DNA from: an uncultured Clostridia bacterium
Lineage (GTDB): Bacteria; Bacillota; Clostridia; Christensenellales; UBA1242
Direction: 5' to 3'
Length of the DNA: 32,000 nt
Assembly: GCA_946630785.1 (NCBI GenBank)
Contig: CAMOZC010000003.1
Location: 78 to 32,077, forward strand
Shown: positions 14,995-25,837 of the stretch, in pieces
Position numbering within the stretch: the first letter of the stretch is position 1
Layout of the letters: every line of letters begins with the position of its first letter
Made by a program: the position numbers and the translations under genes
The notes under the pieces: model-generated
What the model saw: the letters and a program-made list of their open reading frames with translations, nothing else
Databases searched by the model: none
Told to the model about the DNA's origin: nothing

Positions 14995-17976
14995 ATGGCA
15001 GATAACACTTTAATGCAAACTTTATTAAAACATTTTACCAAACGTCCATTAAATGAATTGCGTTCGGTAAACTTTGGTAAAAATATTTATTTGTATTTTA
15101 CTAAAAATTTTGACCCTGAAAAATATGCTGCCTATAACGAAAAAGATTTTGATGACCCAGTTAAGGGCTTGGCTATCACACGTGAATTGTTTAGAAAACA
15201 TCAAGAAATTCCAGATAATGTCATGGTTGACTTTTTGGTTGAGGCTTTTACCAAGGCCGATGAAAACATCATTGATTACAAAATGGTTGCTGATTTAGTA
15301 GAAAGTGATGCCTATAAAAGATATGGTACGCGTGCGGGAACCAGTACGTTTGATAAGAAACAAAATTTTGAAAGATGGTTAATTCATGATTCAACAATGT
15401 CATTGTCTAATATTCATAATATTAATCCGGTCGATGTTTATTTAAATCAAGATGCGATACTTCGTGTTGCAAGTGGTGTCGGCGGAAATGGAACCGCAAG
15501 GGGAAATGTTCGTGGCGAGGTTGTGAAGCAAATTGAATCTAGTGCCGAATATTTTAAGGATTACTTTGAAAACGCAGATGATGATGTATTTGAAAAATTA
15601 GCAACGATTTCAGAAAATGTAACAAATGATAGTTATATAACTCAAATCAAAAAAGTTTATGAAACTCTCTATGCTAAGGACGAAGGGTTTGGTATTGGTG
15701 TTATGGGAACCATGGTTAACAGCACTACTAAAGGTGCTAGTACCCGGGTTTTTAGTAATATGATGTCTACTGCCTGGGGCATGGAAACCAACAAGTTATT
15801 ATATGCTTTCTGTAAATATCATAATAAAACGGCAGAGTATGCGAATGTTTATGTTCCATATCCAATCGATGTGAACGCCGAAAAATTTAAACAAAATCTT
15901 GCTCAAAGCGGTTTAGATGCTGACAATGAACAAGGGAATACTCAAACACAACAAACTTCAACCACAAGCCTTGATAATGAACAAGAAGAAACTATTCAAT
16001 CAGTACAACAAAATTTAAACTCAACGACACAACAAGTGAATAAAAAATTGTATCCACGAAAGATTATGTCGCCATTTGTTGATGTTGCCATCACTTTCGG
16101 TGGTTCCGTGGTGGGTGCTACGGCGATTTCTGCGGTCTCTAAAATTAATCCACCACTTGGTTTAGCGCTTGGGGCTGCAATGTCAATTGGCGGTGGTGTT
16201 TATGGCGCTTGGAAAAAAGTTCAGGCAGAAAAGGAGTTAAATGGTGGTAAACCATTAACCAAAGAGCAGTACAGAAAAATTGGTTTAGAGTTTGCTGTTT
16301 CAACACTTACTACAGCATCTGCATTTATCATCCCGGCAAAATTAGGAGCAGCAGGCAAAAAATTAATGTCGCTTTGGCGTGTAGCTGGTGCGGCACATGT
16401 CGGTGTCAGAACATTCTTGAGTGACCTTGAAAGACGCTCAGACCTCCAATATACTCAGGCTGAATTAGAGGAATTACACAGAACTGAAAAACCGAAAGGA
16501 ATCGGAAAATTCATCGCAGGTATTGAACGTTTTGTGTTAGGGGTTAACCATAATACTTTTGATCGTATCGCGACAGATCTTCACGAAAAACGTTTGACAA
16601 AAACAGACCTTGCTAAATCATTTTTATATGGTTTAGGTAAAGGAACTGCTTTGGGAGTTGGTGGTAACATTGGTCGTGACTTAGGTGGAAAATTAGGTAC
16701 TGCAATTAATAATTTTGATTTAAACCATTTTAAAGATAATTTTGTTGCAACACCGGAAGAGTTACAGCGACAAGCTGAGCAACATTTAACTAAAAGTGCT
16801 GATGCAGATTTGAGTAATGATAAATTGTCCCCAGCACAGACTGATGGAAATGAAAGTCAAAAATCACCTTATGACCAGTATCGTGATGAGCAACAAAAAG
16901 CATATGAACAGTATTTACATAACCAACATGCACAAATGAATGATAATGGATTACATTTAACCGATGAAAACATGACGGCTATAAAAAATATTGGACATGT
17001 TGATTTAACTGATAAGGCAATGGCAACGGCTCATGTTGATAACCATCAACAATTTGTAAATACTGTACAACATGACTGGTACACGGTTGAACAGGAAAAA
17101 GCCGCGGTGGGTATTTTGCAACAAGCTGGTCTTAGCGAAGAAGATGCCTATGGTGTTTTACGTAAGGTAGGCAGTATGGCGCGCTTTGAAAGCGCTGGCG
17201 AAATCAGCATGGGCGGACATCAGAATACTTTGAATCACTTGTGTAACGGTTTGTTGTATGATAGTGATGTCGATAACATCATGGAAGCAATGAATAAAAT
17301 TGACCGTTTCGGCGGTTTAGAAGGTACTGAATATTTACAACACAATACGCCAGGTCCAAAAACTATTATTGATTATGATCCTAGTGCTGGCAATAGTGGA
17401 ACTACTCAACAATCAAGTCAAAGTACGTCAACTACAAAAACAACGTCAAGTTTCACAGATCAACATACACCAGGTCCAACGAGTATCAGTGATTATGATC
17501 CTAGTGCTAATGTTGAACCCACAGATGAGCAAACAACTCCGAATATACCAGTTCCAGAAACGTCGACAAACAACAATGAAACGCATGATGATTCAAATAC
17601 GCCAGGTCCGAAAAGTATCAGTGATTATGATCCTAGTGCTAATGTTGAATTTAATGGCGAACAGTTTGGACAGAATGTATCAGCTTCAGAAGTGCCGACA
17701 GAAACCGCCAGTGAGCAGGGTAATTCAAATACCCCTGGTCCAGATAGTATTGGGGAATATGGTATTTCAGGTAATAGCACTTCGCTTTTCGATTCGGATA
17801 GTTCGAAGTCGTTCTCGGATATTATGGGAAGCTCGCTTGATAAAAATCCTGTATATTTTGATTTCTCTGTTATTAATCCTGATGATAAGATTGAAGTTAA
17901 TCATTCTGATTTTGGAATAAATTTATTTAAGCCAATTGTACCATCAATTAACATCGACCCAAGCAGCGAAAAATAA
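14995..17976 (+). CDS. Orphan 993-aa protein: unknown N-domain, central glycine-zipper TM cluster, repeat-bearing S/T/N/D-rich tail
   Basis: Uninterrupted ORF. The first ATG is at 14995 (the ORF-track TTG at 14947 is unsupported). Hydrophobic Gly/Ala-rich segments lie at ~16066-16420. Four PGP-DYDPSAN repeats lie at 17344-17775. No signal peptide and no motif that I recognise. Confidence 0.8.
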   Translation: MADNTLMQTLLKHFTKRPLNELRSVNFGKNIYLYFTKNFDPEKYAAYNEKDFDDPVKGLAITRELFRKHQEIPDNVMVDFLVEAFTKADENIIDYKMVADLVESDAYKRYGTRAGTSTFDKKQNFERWLIHDSTMSLSNIHNINPVDVYLNQDAILRVASGVGGNGTARGNVRGEVVKQIESSAEYFKDYFENADDDVFEKLATISENVTNDSYITQIKKVYETLYAKDEGFGIGVMGTMVNSTTKGASTRVFSNMMSTAWGMETNKLLYAFCKYHNKTAEYANVYVPYPIDVNAEKFKQNLAQSGLDADNEQGNTQTQQTSTTSLDNEQEETIQSVQQNLNSTTQQVNKKLYPRKIMSPFVDVAITFGGSVVGATAISAVSKINPPLGLALGAAMSIGGGVYGAWKKVQAEKELNGGKPLTKEQYRKIGLEFAVSTLTTASAFIIPAKLGAAGKKLMSLWRVAGAAHVGVRTFLSDLERRSDLQYTQAELEELHRTEKPKGIGKFIAGIERFVLGVNHNTFDRIATDLHEKRLTKTDLAKSFLYGLGKGTALGVGGNIGRDLGGKLGTAINNFDLNHFKDNFVATPEELQRQAEQHLTKSADADLSNDKLSPAQTDGNESQKSPYDQYRDEQQKAYEQYLHNQHAQMNDNGLHLTDENMTAIKNIGHVDLTDKAMATAHVDNHQQFVNTVQHDWYTVEQEKAAVGILQQAGLSEEDAYGVLRKVGSMARFESAGEISMGGHQNTLNHLCNGLLYDSDVDNIMEAMNKIDRFGGLEGTEYLQHNTPGPKTIIDYDPSAGNSGTTQQSSQSTSTTKTTSSFTDQHTPGPTSISDYDPSANVEPTDEQTTPNIPVPETSTNNNETHDDSNTPGPKSISDYDPSANVEFNGEQFGQNVSASEVPTETASEQGNSNTPGPDSIGEYGISGNSTSLFDSDSSKSFSDIMGSSLDKNPVYFDFSVINPDDKIEVNHSDFGINLFKPIVPSINIDPSSEK
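17344..17775 (+). repeat. Four dispersed in-frame copies of a ~48-54-nt unit encoding (N/H)TPGPxSIxDYDPSAN
   Basis: Copies start at 17344, 17464, 17596 and 17728 (spacing 120, 132, 132 nt). Copies 2 and 3 share a long identical core, AGTATCAGTGATTATGATCCTAGTGCTAATGTTGAA. Copy 4 is degenerate (NTPGPDSIGEYGISGN). Confidence 0.9.
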
Positions 17977-17978
17977 GC

Positions 17979-18016
17979 AATATAGCCAAGTTGATTCTTG
18001 GCTATATTTAATTTGT
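17979..18016 (+). terminator. Terminator after the 993-aa ORF
   Basis: Perfect 12-bp stem AATATAGCCAAG/CTTGGCTATATT (17979-17990 / 17997-18008) with a 6-nt loop. The T-tract is weak (TTAATTTGT). Confidence 0.6.
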
Positions 18017-18033
18017 AAATTATAAAAAAGTGT

Positions 18034-18062
18034 TTGACTTTCGATTGTAGATGTGCTATTTT
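18034..18062 (+). promoter_or_regulatory. rpoBC promoter TTGACT-N17(TGc)-TATTTT
   Basis: TTGACT at 18034-18039, TGC immediately before TATTTT at 18057-18062. Leaves a ~70-nt leader ending in the SD AAGGAAGG. Confidence 0.6.
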
Positions 18063-18135
18063 CTTTCTATTGTGTAATTTTGACTGGGCGGATTGAAATA
18101 AAGCCCGGCAAAAAATATATTTAAGGAAGGTAAAA

Positions 18136-21100
18136 ATGGCTGTTAATCTTAAAAAGACGGGACTTTTTAAGGACACCTATGGAAAGACGGAACGTATGAC
18201 ATTTCGTAAGGTTCCAGAGTTGCTCCCTGTCCCTTATCTTTTAGACATTCAAAAGGAGAGTTTTAAGCGTTTCATTGAAAAAGGAATTCGCGAAGTATTG
18301 GATGAATTCAATCCAATTACTGATTATTCAGGTAAATGCGAAGTTTACTTTTTGGACTACTATATTGGCGAAGATGCTAAATATAGTGAAAGCGAATGTT
18401 TACGTCGTGGACAAATGTACGTTAAACCATTGCGCGTAAAAGTTCGCGTTGTGTTTAAAGAAGATGCTGAAGGACACAAGACCAACGAAGTCATCGAACA
18501 AGATGTTTTCTTGGGTGATGTTCCTCAAATGACCGATAGTGGTTATTTCATCGTTAATGGTGTAGCGCGTGTTATTGTTAACCAAATTATCAAGAGTCCT
18601 AGTGTTTATTTCAATCGTTCAAAAGACCATAAAACTGGTAAAGAAATTATTGAATGCACAATGAGTCCAACGCATGGTGCTTACATCGAAATGACTAAGG
18701 ACGTAAATAACGTGATTTTTGTCAGCCCAAACAAGGCTAACAAAGTTAATTTGATTACGTTCTTGCGTGCATTGGATCTTGGTAGTGATCAAGAATTGTT
18801 GGATACTTTTGCACATCATCCAGTTTTAAAAGCTACAATTGAAAAAGCTAATGATGGCGGTGAACAAATTTCTAAAGAAAAAGCTTTGTTGGAATTGTCA
18901 CGTAAAATGCGTCCATCTGAATTGCCAAATGCTGAAGTCATGGAATCTGGATTGAATAACATGTTCTTTACCTTCCCAAATTATGACTTGGCAGTTGTTG
19001 GTCGTTATAAATTCAATAAAAAACTATGCATTAGTAGCCGTATCTTAAAACATATTGCTGCTGAAGATATTAAAATTGACGGCAAGGTTGTTGTTCCTCA
19101 TGATACTGAAATCAGCAAAGAAATGGCTGACAAGATTCAAAATGCTGGTATCAACGTTGTTGAAATTAAAAATGAACTTGGCGATGCCGTACAGGTTATT
19201 GGTAACAACCGTGTTAACGTTAATATGTATTTAGGTTGTACTGAATTTGATACTGGTATTAAAGAATTGGTTCACTATCCAACTTTGTTAAAAGTATTGG
19301 AAGGTAAGAATACTAAGGCTGAAAAAATTCAAGCTGTTAAAGAGAACGCTAAAGAATTGGTAATGCGTCATTTACATCGTGATGATATTATTGCTTCAAT
19401 TTCTTACTTGCTAAACATGTGCGATGGTGTTGGCTATGAAGATAATATTGACCACTTGGGTAACCGTCGTTTAAATACCGTTGGTGATTTGATGGCTCGT
19501 CACTTCAAAGATGGTATGTTGAAATTACGTAATAGTATGCGTGAAACCATGCAAACTATGGAAATCAACAGTAAATCAATTAACCCATTGAACATTATTA
19601 ATGCAAAAGCAATTACTCGTTCATTACGTGATTTCTGTGCGGTTTCTCAATTATCACACGTGATGGATACTAACAACCCATTAACTGAAATTACGCAAAA
19701 ACGTAAAATCACAGCGGTTGGTCCGGGTGGTATTGTTAAGGAACGTGCTACTAGTGAAGTTCGTGACTTGCACTATACTCACAATGGTCGTTTGTGTGCG
19801 GTTGAAACTCCTGAAGGTCAATCAATTGGTTTGGTTAATAGCTTGGCAATGTATGCACGCATTAACGAATATGGATTTATTACTGCGCCATTGCGTCGTA
19901 TTGATAAGGCAACTGGCAAAGTTACTGATGTCGTTGATTATTTAACTGCTGATGAAGAAGATGCGTTCTATGTTGCTCAAGCAACTGAACCATTGGATGA
20001 AAATGGCTGCTTGTTGCATGAATTTGTAACTTGCCGTCACCGTGACGTTATTTTGGATATGCCACGTGAAAGTGTTGATTATGTTGATGCAAGTCCACGT
20101 CAATTCGTTTCATTAGCAACTGCATTGATTCCTTTCTTGAGTAATGATGATACTGGTCGTGCTTTGTTGGGTTCAAACATGCAACGTCAAGCTGTATCTT
20201 TAATCAAGACTGAAGTTCCATTGGTTGCAACAGGTTTGGAACACCGTGCTGCTTTAGATAGTAACGTGATGTTAACTGCGAAGGCGGCCGGTACAGTTAT
20301 TTCTGTAACTGGTGACCAAATCGTTATTGAACGTGATGATAATCATGAACATGATTTCTATAAATTAACTAAATTCACCCGTTATAATGAAGAAGCATGT
20401 ATTAACCAAAAACCAATTGTTCGCAAGGGGGATAAGGTTAAGGCTGGTGAAATCATTACTGATGGTTATGCAACCTGTAATGGTGAATTAGCAATTGGTA
20501 AAAACATGTGTGTTGCTTACATGAACTGGGAAGGGTATAACTTTGAGGATGCGATTTTGATTTCTGAACGTGTTGTTAAGGAAGACAAATTCACCTCAAT
20601 CGCTTTACACTTGAAAGAATGTAAAGTTCGTACAACTAAATTAGGTGATGAAGAAATCACCCGTGATATTCCAAACTTAAGCGAAGATGCTTTGGCTAAC
20701 TTGGATGAACGTGGTATTGTTCGTGTTGGTTCATTTGTCCGTACTGGTGATATTTTGGTTGGTAAAGTTACACCAAAGGGTGAATCTGAATTAACTCCTG
20801 AAGAACGTTTGTTACGTGCTATCTTTGGTGAAAAATCTCGTGAAGTCCGCGACTCATCATTGCGTGTGGAAAATGGTAAAGACGGTGTTGTTGTTGCTGT
20901 TGAATGCTTCAGCCGTAAGAACCATGATGAAATGGATGTTGGTGTTAACGAAATTATTAAAGTTACCATCGCACAAAAACGTAATATTAAAGTCGGTGAT
21001 AAGATGACAGGACGTCATGGTAACAAGGGTATTGTTTCTAAGATTTTACCGGTTGAAGATATGCCTTACATGGCCGATGGTACTCCTGTTGATATCGTCC

Positions 21101-21858
21101 TTAACCCATTGGGTGTTCCTTCTCGTTTGAATATTGGACAGTTGTTGGAAGTCTCGCTTGGTTTAGTTGCTAAGACTTTGGGTTGGAAAGTTGCAACTCC
21201 AGTATTCAACGGTGCTAACGAAAATGATATTCAAGAATTGTTACGTAAGAATGGCTTACCAGAAGATGGTAAGATGCAATTGTACGATGGACGTACTGGT
21301 GAACCATTTGAAAACCGTACGACAGTTGGTTACATGTACATGTTAAAATTGCATCACATGGTTGATACCAAGATTCATGCTCGTTCAACTGGTGCTTATA
21401 GTTTGGTTACTCAACAACCTTTGGGTGGTAAAGCTCAATTTGGTGGCCAACGTATGGGTGAAATGGAAGTATGGGCTTTGGAAGCTTATGGTGCCGCTCA
21501 CATCTTGCAAGAAATGTTGACTGTTAAATCCGATGATGTTCAAGGTCGTACTAAAACATACGTTTCAATCGTTAATGGTACTAAATTGCCAGATCCAGGC
21601 ATTCCTGAAGCAAGTAAAGTTATGATCCGTGAATTACAAGGTCTTGGATTTGATGTTGGTATTTATACTGCTGATAAGAAAGAAGTTGAATTGGAAAAGA
21701 TTGATGCTTTGGTTGATGATACTGAAATGTTGGCTAATGCAGAATCTGAAAATAAACAAGACAATGAAGCCGAAATTGAATTTAACCAAGAACAAGTTGA
21801 AGAACCCGCTGCTGATGACTTAGAAATGTTCGATATTGAACAATTGTTTGAGGAATAA
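18136..21858 (+). CDS. rpoB: DNA-directed RNA polymerase beta subunit
   Basis: 1240 aa. Conserved blocks include [30 protein letters not shown] and [19 protein letters not shown]. Acidic C-terminal tail. Confidence 0.99.
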   Translation: MAVNLKKTGLFKDTYGKTERMTFRKVPELLPVPYLLDIQKESFKRFIEKGIREVLDEFNPITDYSGKCEVYFLDYYIGEDAKYSESECLRRGQMYVKPLRVKVRVVFKEDAEGHKTNEVIEQDVFLGDVPQMTDSGYFIVNGVARVIVNQIIKSPSVYFNRSKDHKTGKEIIECTMSPTHGAYIEMTKDVNNVIFVSPNKANKVNLITFLRALDLGSDQELLDTFAHHPVLKATIEKANDGGEQISKEKALLELSRKMRPSELPNAEVMESGLNNMFFTFPNYDLAVVGRYKFNKKLCISSRILKHIAAEDIKIDGKVVVPHDTEISKEMADKIQNAGINVVEIKNELGDAVQVIGNNRVNVNMYLGCTEFDTGIKELVHYPTLLKVLEGKNTKAEKIQAVKENAKELVMRHLHRDDIIASISYLLNMCDGVGYEDNIDHLGNRRLNTVGDLMARHFKDGMLKLRNSMRETMQTMEINSKSINPLNIINAKAITRSLRDFCAVSQLSHVMDTNNPLTEITQKRKITAVGPGGIVKERATSEVRDLHYTHNGRLCAVETPEGQSIGLVNSLAMYARINEYGFITAPLRRIDKATGKVTDVVDYLTADEEDAFYVAQATEPLDENGCLLHEFVTCRHRDVILDMPRESVDYVDASPRQFVSLATALIPFLSNDDTGRALLGSNMQRQAVSLIKTEVPLVATGLEHRAALDSNVMLTAKAAGTVISVTGDQIVIERDDNHEHDFYKLTKFTRYNEEACINQKPIVRKGDKVKAGEIITDGYATCNGELAIGKNMCVAYMNWEGYNFEDAILISERVVKEDKFTSIALHLKECKVRTTKLGDEEITRDIPNLSEDALANLDERGIVRVGSFVRTGDILVGKVTPKGESELTPEERLLRAIFGEKSREVRDSSLRVENGKDGVVVAVECFSRKNHDEMDVGVNEIIKVTIAQKRNIKVGDKMTGRHGNKGIVSKILPVEDMPYMADGTPVDIVLNPLGVPSRLNIGQLLEVSLGLVAKTLGWKVATPVFNGANENDIQELLRKNGLPEDGKMQLYDGRTGEPFENRTTVGYMYMLKLHHMVDTKIHARSTGAYSLVTQQPLGGKAQFGGQRMGEMEVWALEAYGAAHILQEMLTVKSDDVQGRTKTYVSIVNGTKLPDPGIPEASKVMIRELQGLGFDVGIYTADKKEVELEKIDALVDDTEMLANAESENKQDNEAEIEFNQEQVEEPAADDLEMFDIEQLFEE

Positions 21859-21878
21859 GAAGGAGAAGGAAAAAGAAA

Positions 21879-24800
21879 ATGTTTGAGTTAAATAATTTTG
21901 AAAGTTTAAAAATTAGTATTGCCAGCCCTGATAAAATCAGGGAATGGAGTCATGGTGAGGTTACCAAACCAGAAACGATTAACTATCGTACTCAAAAACC
22001 AGAAAAAGATGGTTTGTTTTGTGAACGCATCTTCGGTCCTAAAAAAGATTGGCAATGTTCTTGCGGTAAATATAAATTAATCCGCTACAAAGGTACCATT
22101 TGCGATAAGTGCGGTGTTGAAGTTACTCGTTCAATCGTACGTCGTGAACGTATGGGACATATTGAGTTAGCAGCTCCAGTTGTTCACATCTGGTATTTCA
22201 AAGGTGTTCCTTCGAAGATTGGTACATTGTTAAATATGACCATTAAAAATTTGGAACAAGTTATTTATTTCGTATCCTTCGTCGTTATTGATCCATGTAA
22301 AACCACTTTAACTTATGGTCAAATTTTGTCTGATCGTGAATTGCACGAAGCATTGGAAAAATTTGGTCCTGAATCGTTTAAATATGGTATGGGTGCCGAA
22401 GCAATCAAGACCATGTTGGCTGCGCTTGATTTAGATAAGGAAATTAAAGAATGTAACGAAATCATTGCTACTGGCAAAGGTGCAAAACGTGAAAAAGCCA
22501 TTAAACGTTTGGATTTGTTGGAATCATTCAAAAACAGTGGCAATCGTCCAGAATGGATGGTATTTGATGTTTTACCAGTAACTCCTCCAGAATTACGTCC
22601 AATGGTTCAAATTGACGGTGGTCGTTTCGCAACAACCGATGTTAACGATTTGTATCGCCGCGTAATTAACCGTAACAACCGTTTGAAAAAATTAATTTCT
22701 TTGGGTGCTCCTGAAGTTATTATTCGTAACGAGAAACGTATGTTACAAGAGGCTGTTGATGCTTTGATTGATAATGGCCGCCGTGGTAAACCAGTTCAAG
22801 GTGCTAAAGGCCGTCCACTAAAATCATTGGCTGAAGGCTTACGTGGTAAACAAGGTCGTTTCCGTAACAACTTGCTTGGTAAACGTGTTGACTATTCAGG
22901 TCGTACCGTTATCGTTGTCGGTCCAGAATTAAAACACTATCAAGTTGGTTTGCCAAAAGAAATGGCATTGGAATTGTTCAAACCATTCGTTATGAAGAAA
23001 TTGGTTGATATGGGCTTGGCTCATCACAGCCGTAGTGCAAAACGTTTAATTGAACGTGAAAAACCACAAGTTTGGGATATCTTGGAAGAAGTCGTTCGTG
23101 ACCATCCTGTTTTGTTAAACCGTCAACCTACGTTGCATAAATTGTCAATTCAAGCGTTTGAACCAGTTTTGATTGATGGTCGTGCAATCCGTTTACACCC
23201 ATTAGTTTGTACCGCATTCAACGCCGACTTTGATGGTGACCAAATGACTGTTCACGTTCCATTGTCACCAGAAGCACAGGCTGAAGCACGTATCTTAATG
23301 TTGGCATCAAATAACATTTTGAAACCAAGTGATTCAAAATCAGTTGTTACTCCGACACAGGATATTATTTTAGGTTGTTACTATATGACTTTGCAAATTG
23401 ATGGTGCAAAGGGTGAGGGTAACGTTTATAAAGACGAAAACGAAGCAATTTATGCTTATAACGTTGGTGAATTGGATTTGCATGCTAAGATTCAAGTTCG
23501 TCGTTCTAACTTTGAAATTGAAGGTAACATGGACGAAGTTGAAGAATTTGGCCGTGTAGAAACCACTGTTGGTCGTATTTTGTTCAACCAATGCTTCCCG
23601 CAAGATATTGGTATTGTTGATCGTAGCAAACCAGAAAATAAATTTGCTTACGAATATAATAAAGAAGTTGTTAAGAAAGATATTAACAATTTGATTGTTA
23701 AAATCTTTGAAGTTCATGGTGCTACTGTAACTAGTGAATCAATTGATAAGATTAAGACCGTAGGTTTCAAATATTCTACTTTAGGTTCAATCTCGTTGTC
23801 AGTCTTTGATGCAACTATCCCAGCCGACCGTGAACAAATCATTAAAGATACCGAAGCAAAAGTTAAGAAAATTGAAAAAGCTTATGCAGAAGGTGAGTTA
23901 AGTCTTGATGAAAAATTGGATCGTAACATCGCTTTATGGAAAGAAGCTACTGAAAAGATTCAAGAAGATGTTATTAATGTCTTAGATAAGACCAACCCAA
24001 TTAAGATGATGGCAACATCTGGTGCACGTGGTTCTAACAAACAGATTATGCAGTTGTCTGGTATGCGTGGTATTATTGCGAACGTTTCTGGACAAAAAGA
24101 GGACGTTCCAACCAAGGGTTGTTATCGTTTAGGTTTGTCTCCATTAGAATACTTCTTGTCATCTCGTGGTGGTCGTAAAGGTTTGGCTGATACCGCTTTG
24201 AAAACATCCGATGCTGGTTATTTGACTCGTCGTTTGGTTGATGTCGCTCAAGATGTTATTGTTACCGAAGAAGATTGTTTCGCTACTTTGGGTGAAAAGC
24301 CAAAGGGTATGGTAATGACTGAATTACGCATGGATGGTTATGTAAAGCATTTGGCTAGCCGTATTAAAGGTCGTTACGCTGTACATGACGTTATTGATCC
24401 AAAAACGAAAGAAGTATTGGTACATGCTGATACTATGATTACTGACAAAGTTGCTGAACAGATTGAAGCAGTTGGTATTAAAGAAGTTGAAATTCGTAGC
24501 GTATTGACTTGTAAATGTAAACATGGTGTCTGCGCTAAATGTTATGGTCGCGACATGAGTGGTCACGAATTGGTAAGTGTTGGTGAACCAGTTGGTATTA
24601 TCGCGGCACAATCAATTGGTGAACCTGGTACACAGTTAACCATGCGTACCAAACACAGTGGTGGTATTGCGGTTTCAAACATTACCGAAGGTTTGCCACG
24701 TGTTGAAGAAATTTTGGAAGCACGTGTTCCAAAGGGCGTCGCTTTGGTTAGTGATGTTGGTGGTACTGTTGTTGCGGTTAACCAAGTTGAAAAGCGTGTT

Positions 24801-25406
24801 GAAGTTGTGATTAAGACTAACGAAGGTAAAGAAGTTCCATACTTAATCCCTGCAAGTATGAAAGTGACAGCAAAGAAAGGTGACGTGGTTGAACCAGGTT
24901 CGGCATTGACTGAAGGTGTCTTTAACCCACACGATATCTTACGTAACAAAGGTATCAAAGCTGTACAAGATTACTTGATTACTGAAATTATTAAGGTTTA
25001 TAAAACACAAGATATTTCAATTAATAACAAACATTTGGAAATAATTGTAAGACAGATGTTAAAGAAAGTTAAGATTGAAGATGCTGGTGATACTGACTTC
25101 CAAATTGGTTCAGTCGTCGACGTTATTGAATTTGAACACAAAAACTTGTTGGCAATCAATGATGGCAAGAAACCAGCTCGTGCAACACGTGTGTTGTTGC
25201 CAATTACTAAAGCCGCATTGCGCACAGACAGTTTCTTGTCGGCTGCATCCTTCCAAGAAACCAGTTCAGTATTGGTTGATGCCGCTGTTAAGAATAAAGT
25301 TGACCACTTGCTGGGACTTAAAGAAAATGTTATCTTTGGTAAGTTGATTCCAGCTGGTACAGGTATGAAATTTTATCAAAATGTAGGGTACAAAAATGTT
25401 AAATAA
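21879..25406 (+). CDS. rpoC: DNA-directed RNA polymerase beta-prime subunit
   Basis: 1175 aa. Zinc motif CSCGKY...CDKCGVEV. Catalytic [22 protein letters not shown]. Confidence 0.99.
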   Translation: MFELNNFESLKISIASPDKIREWSHGEVTKPETINYRTQKPEKDGLFCERIFGPKKDWQCSCGKYKLIRYKGTICDKCGVEVTRSIVRRERMGHIELAAPVVHIWYFKGVPSKIGTLLNMTIKNLEQVIYFVSFVVIDPCKTTLTYGQILSDRELHEALEKFGPESFKYGMGAEAIKTMLAALDLDKEIKECNEIIATGKGAKREKAIKRLDLLESFKNSGNRPEWMVFDVLPVTPPELRPMVQIDGGRFATTDVNDLYRRVINRNNRLKKLISLGAPEVIIRNEKRMLQEAVDALIDNGRRGKPVQGAKGRPLKSLAEGLRGKQGRFRNNLLGKRVDYSGRTVIVVGPELKHYQVGLPKEMALELFKPFVMKKLVDMGLAHHSRSAKRLIEREKPQVWDILEEVVRDHPVLLNRQPTLHKLSIQAFEPVLIDGRAIRLHPLVCTAFNADFDGDQMTVHVPLSPEAQAEARILMLASNNILKPSDSKSVVTPTQDIILGCYYMTLQIDGAKGEGNVYKDENEAIYAYNVGELDLHAKIQVRRSNFEIEGNMDEVEEFGRVETTVGRILFNQCFPQDIGIVDRSKPENKFAYEYNKEVVKKDINNLIVKIFEVHGATVTSESIDKIKTVGFKYSTLGSISLSVFDATIPADREQIIKDTEAKVKKIEKAYAEGELSLDEKLDRNIALWKEATEKIQEDVINVLDKTNPIKMMATSGARGSNKQIMQLSGMRGIIANVSGQKEDVPTKGCYRLGLSPLEYFLSSRGGRKGLADTALKTSDAGYLTRRLVDVAQDVIVTEEDCFATLGEKPKGMVMTELRMDGYVKHLASRIKGRYAVHDVIDPKTKEVLVHADTMITDKVAEQIEAVGIKEVEIRSVLTCKCKHGVCAKCYGRDMSGHELVSVGEPVGIIAAQSIGEPGTQLTMRTKHSGGIAVSNITEGLPRVEEILEARVPKGVALVSDVGGTVVAVNQVEKRVEVVIKTNEGKEVPYLIPASMKVTAKKGDVVEPGSALTEGVFNPHDILRNKGIKAVQDYLITEIIKVYKTQDISINNKHLEIIVRQMLKKVKIEDAGDTDFQIGSVVDVIEFEHKNLLAINDGKKPARATRVLLPITKAALRTDSFLSAASFQETSSVLVDAAVKNKVDHLLGLKENVIFGKLIPAGTGMKFYQNVGYKNVK

Positions 25407-25731
25407 TTGGTTTAATTTATTATTGGCTCCGACGGAACGCCCTAAGTGGATTGGGGACAGTTTCCCGGTTATTCAAGGTATTATCATTGCTTTGATTAGT
25501 TTATTAAGTATCGTAATGGTGGTGGCAATTTTGGTGTCACCTCCGGACAGCGGTACTGGTACAAATGCAATTACAGGTGCTAGCGAAAGTTACTACACGA
25601 AAAATCGTAACAAAAATAATCTGGGACGTATTCGTAATTTGATTATTATTTGTGCAATTTCAATCGCAGTATTAACCATTATTTTCTTTATTTTGTTCGG
25701 TATCTTCAATATGAGTGGTGCTGCTGAATAA
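25396..25731 (+). CDS. secG: Small two-TM membrane protein, SecG-like with ~20-aa N-terminal extension
   Basis: TM1 ([19 protein letters not shown]), then a polar Gly/Ser/Thr loop ([16 protein letters not shown]), then TM2 ([23 protein letters not shown]), which mirrors SecG topology. Proximity to rnr echoes the B. subtilis secG-rnr neighbourhood. Overlaps the rpoC end by 11 nt. Confidence 0.55.
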   Translation: MLNNWFNLLLAPTERPKWIGDSFPVIQGIIIALISLLSIVMVVAILVSPPDSGTGTNAITGASESYYTKNRNKNNLGRIRNLIIICAISIAVLTIIFFILFGIFNMSGAAE

Positions 25732-25735
25732 GGCT

Positions 25736-25772
25736 AAAAAAGTTTCGCCAAATGACGAAACTTTTTTCTTTT
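25736..25772 (+). terminator. Rho-independent terminator after the rpoBC-secG-like unit
   Basis: 12-bp stem AAAAAAGTTTCG/CGAAACTTTTTT (25736-25747 / 25756-25767) with an 8-nt loop and a T-rich tail. Confidence 0.8.
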
Positions 25773-25798
25773 GTAAAATAGAAATAAAGTGTTATACT
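25771..25798 (+). promoter_or_regulatory. Lipoprotein gene promoter TTGTAA-N16(TGt)-TATACT
   Basis: TTGTAA at 25771-25776 and TGT before TATACT at 25793-25798. Followed by a ~32-nt leader with the SD AAAAGGAG. Confidence 0.6.
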
Positions 25799-25837
25799 AA
25801 TAGTACAGTTAAATATTAAAAATAAAAGGAGTTTATT

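Noticed and set aside
17369-17920. A 183-aa alternative-frame ORF with its own repeats (VSVIMILVLMLN)
   Set aside because: It lies entirely inside the 993-aa ORF. Its repeats are simply the frame-shifted reading of the DNA repeats, and it has no start context. It is an AT-rich frame artefact.
14759-17976. A tRNA-Phe-associated genomic island carrying the 993-aa ORF
   Set aside because: No integrase, recombinase or mobility gene. I found no direct repeat of the tRNA 3' end downstream (17977-18135). Base composition looks like the surrounding core genes. It is a single gene with its own promoter and terminator.
18063-18135. A regulatory RNA structure in the rpoB leader (small hairpin CTGGGC...GCCCGG)
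   Set aside because: It is only a 6-bp stem with a G-U pair and has no following U-tract. It does not overlap the SD. That is not enough to call an attenuator or riboswitch.
20517-20969. Antisense ORFs inside rpoB (150 aa), and likewise inside rpoC (24563-24958, 131 aa; 23370-23717, 115 aa)
   Set aside because: They lie opposite highly conserved RNA polymerase coding sequence. They have low-complexity S/T/R or N/F-rich composition and no RBS or promoter. These are typical shadow ORFs.
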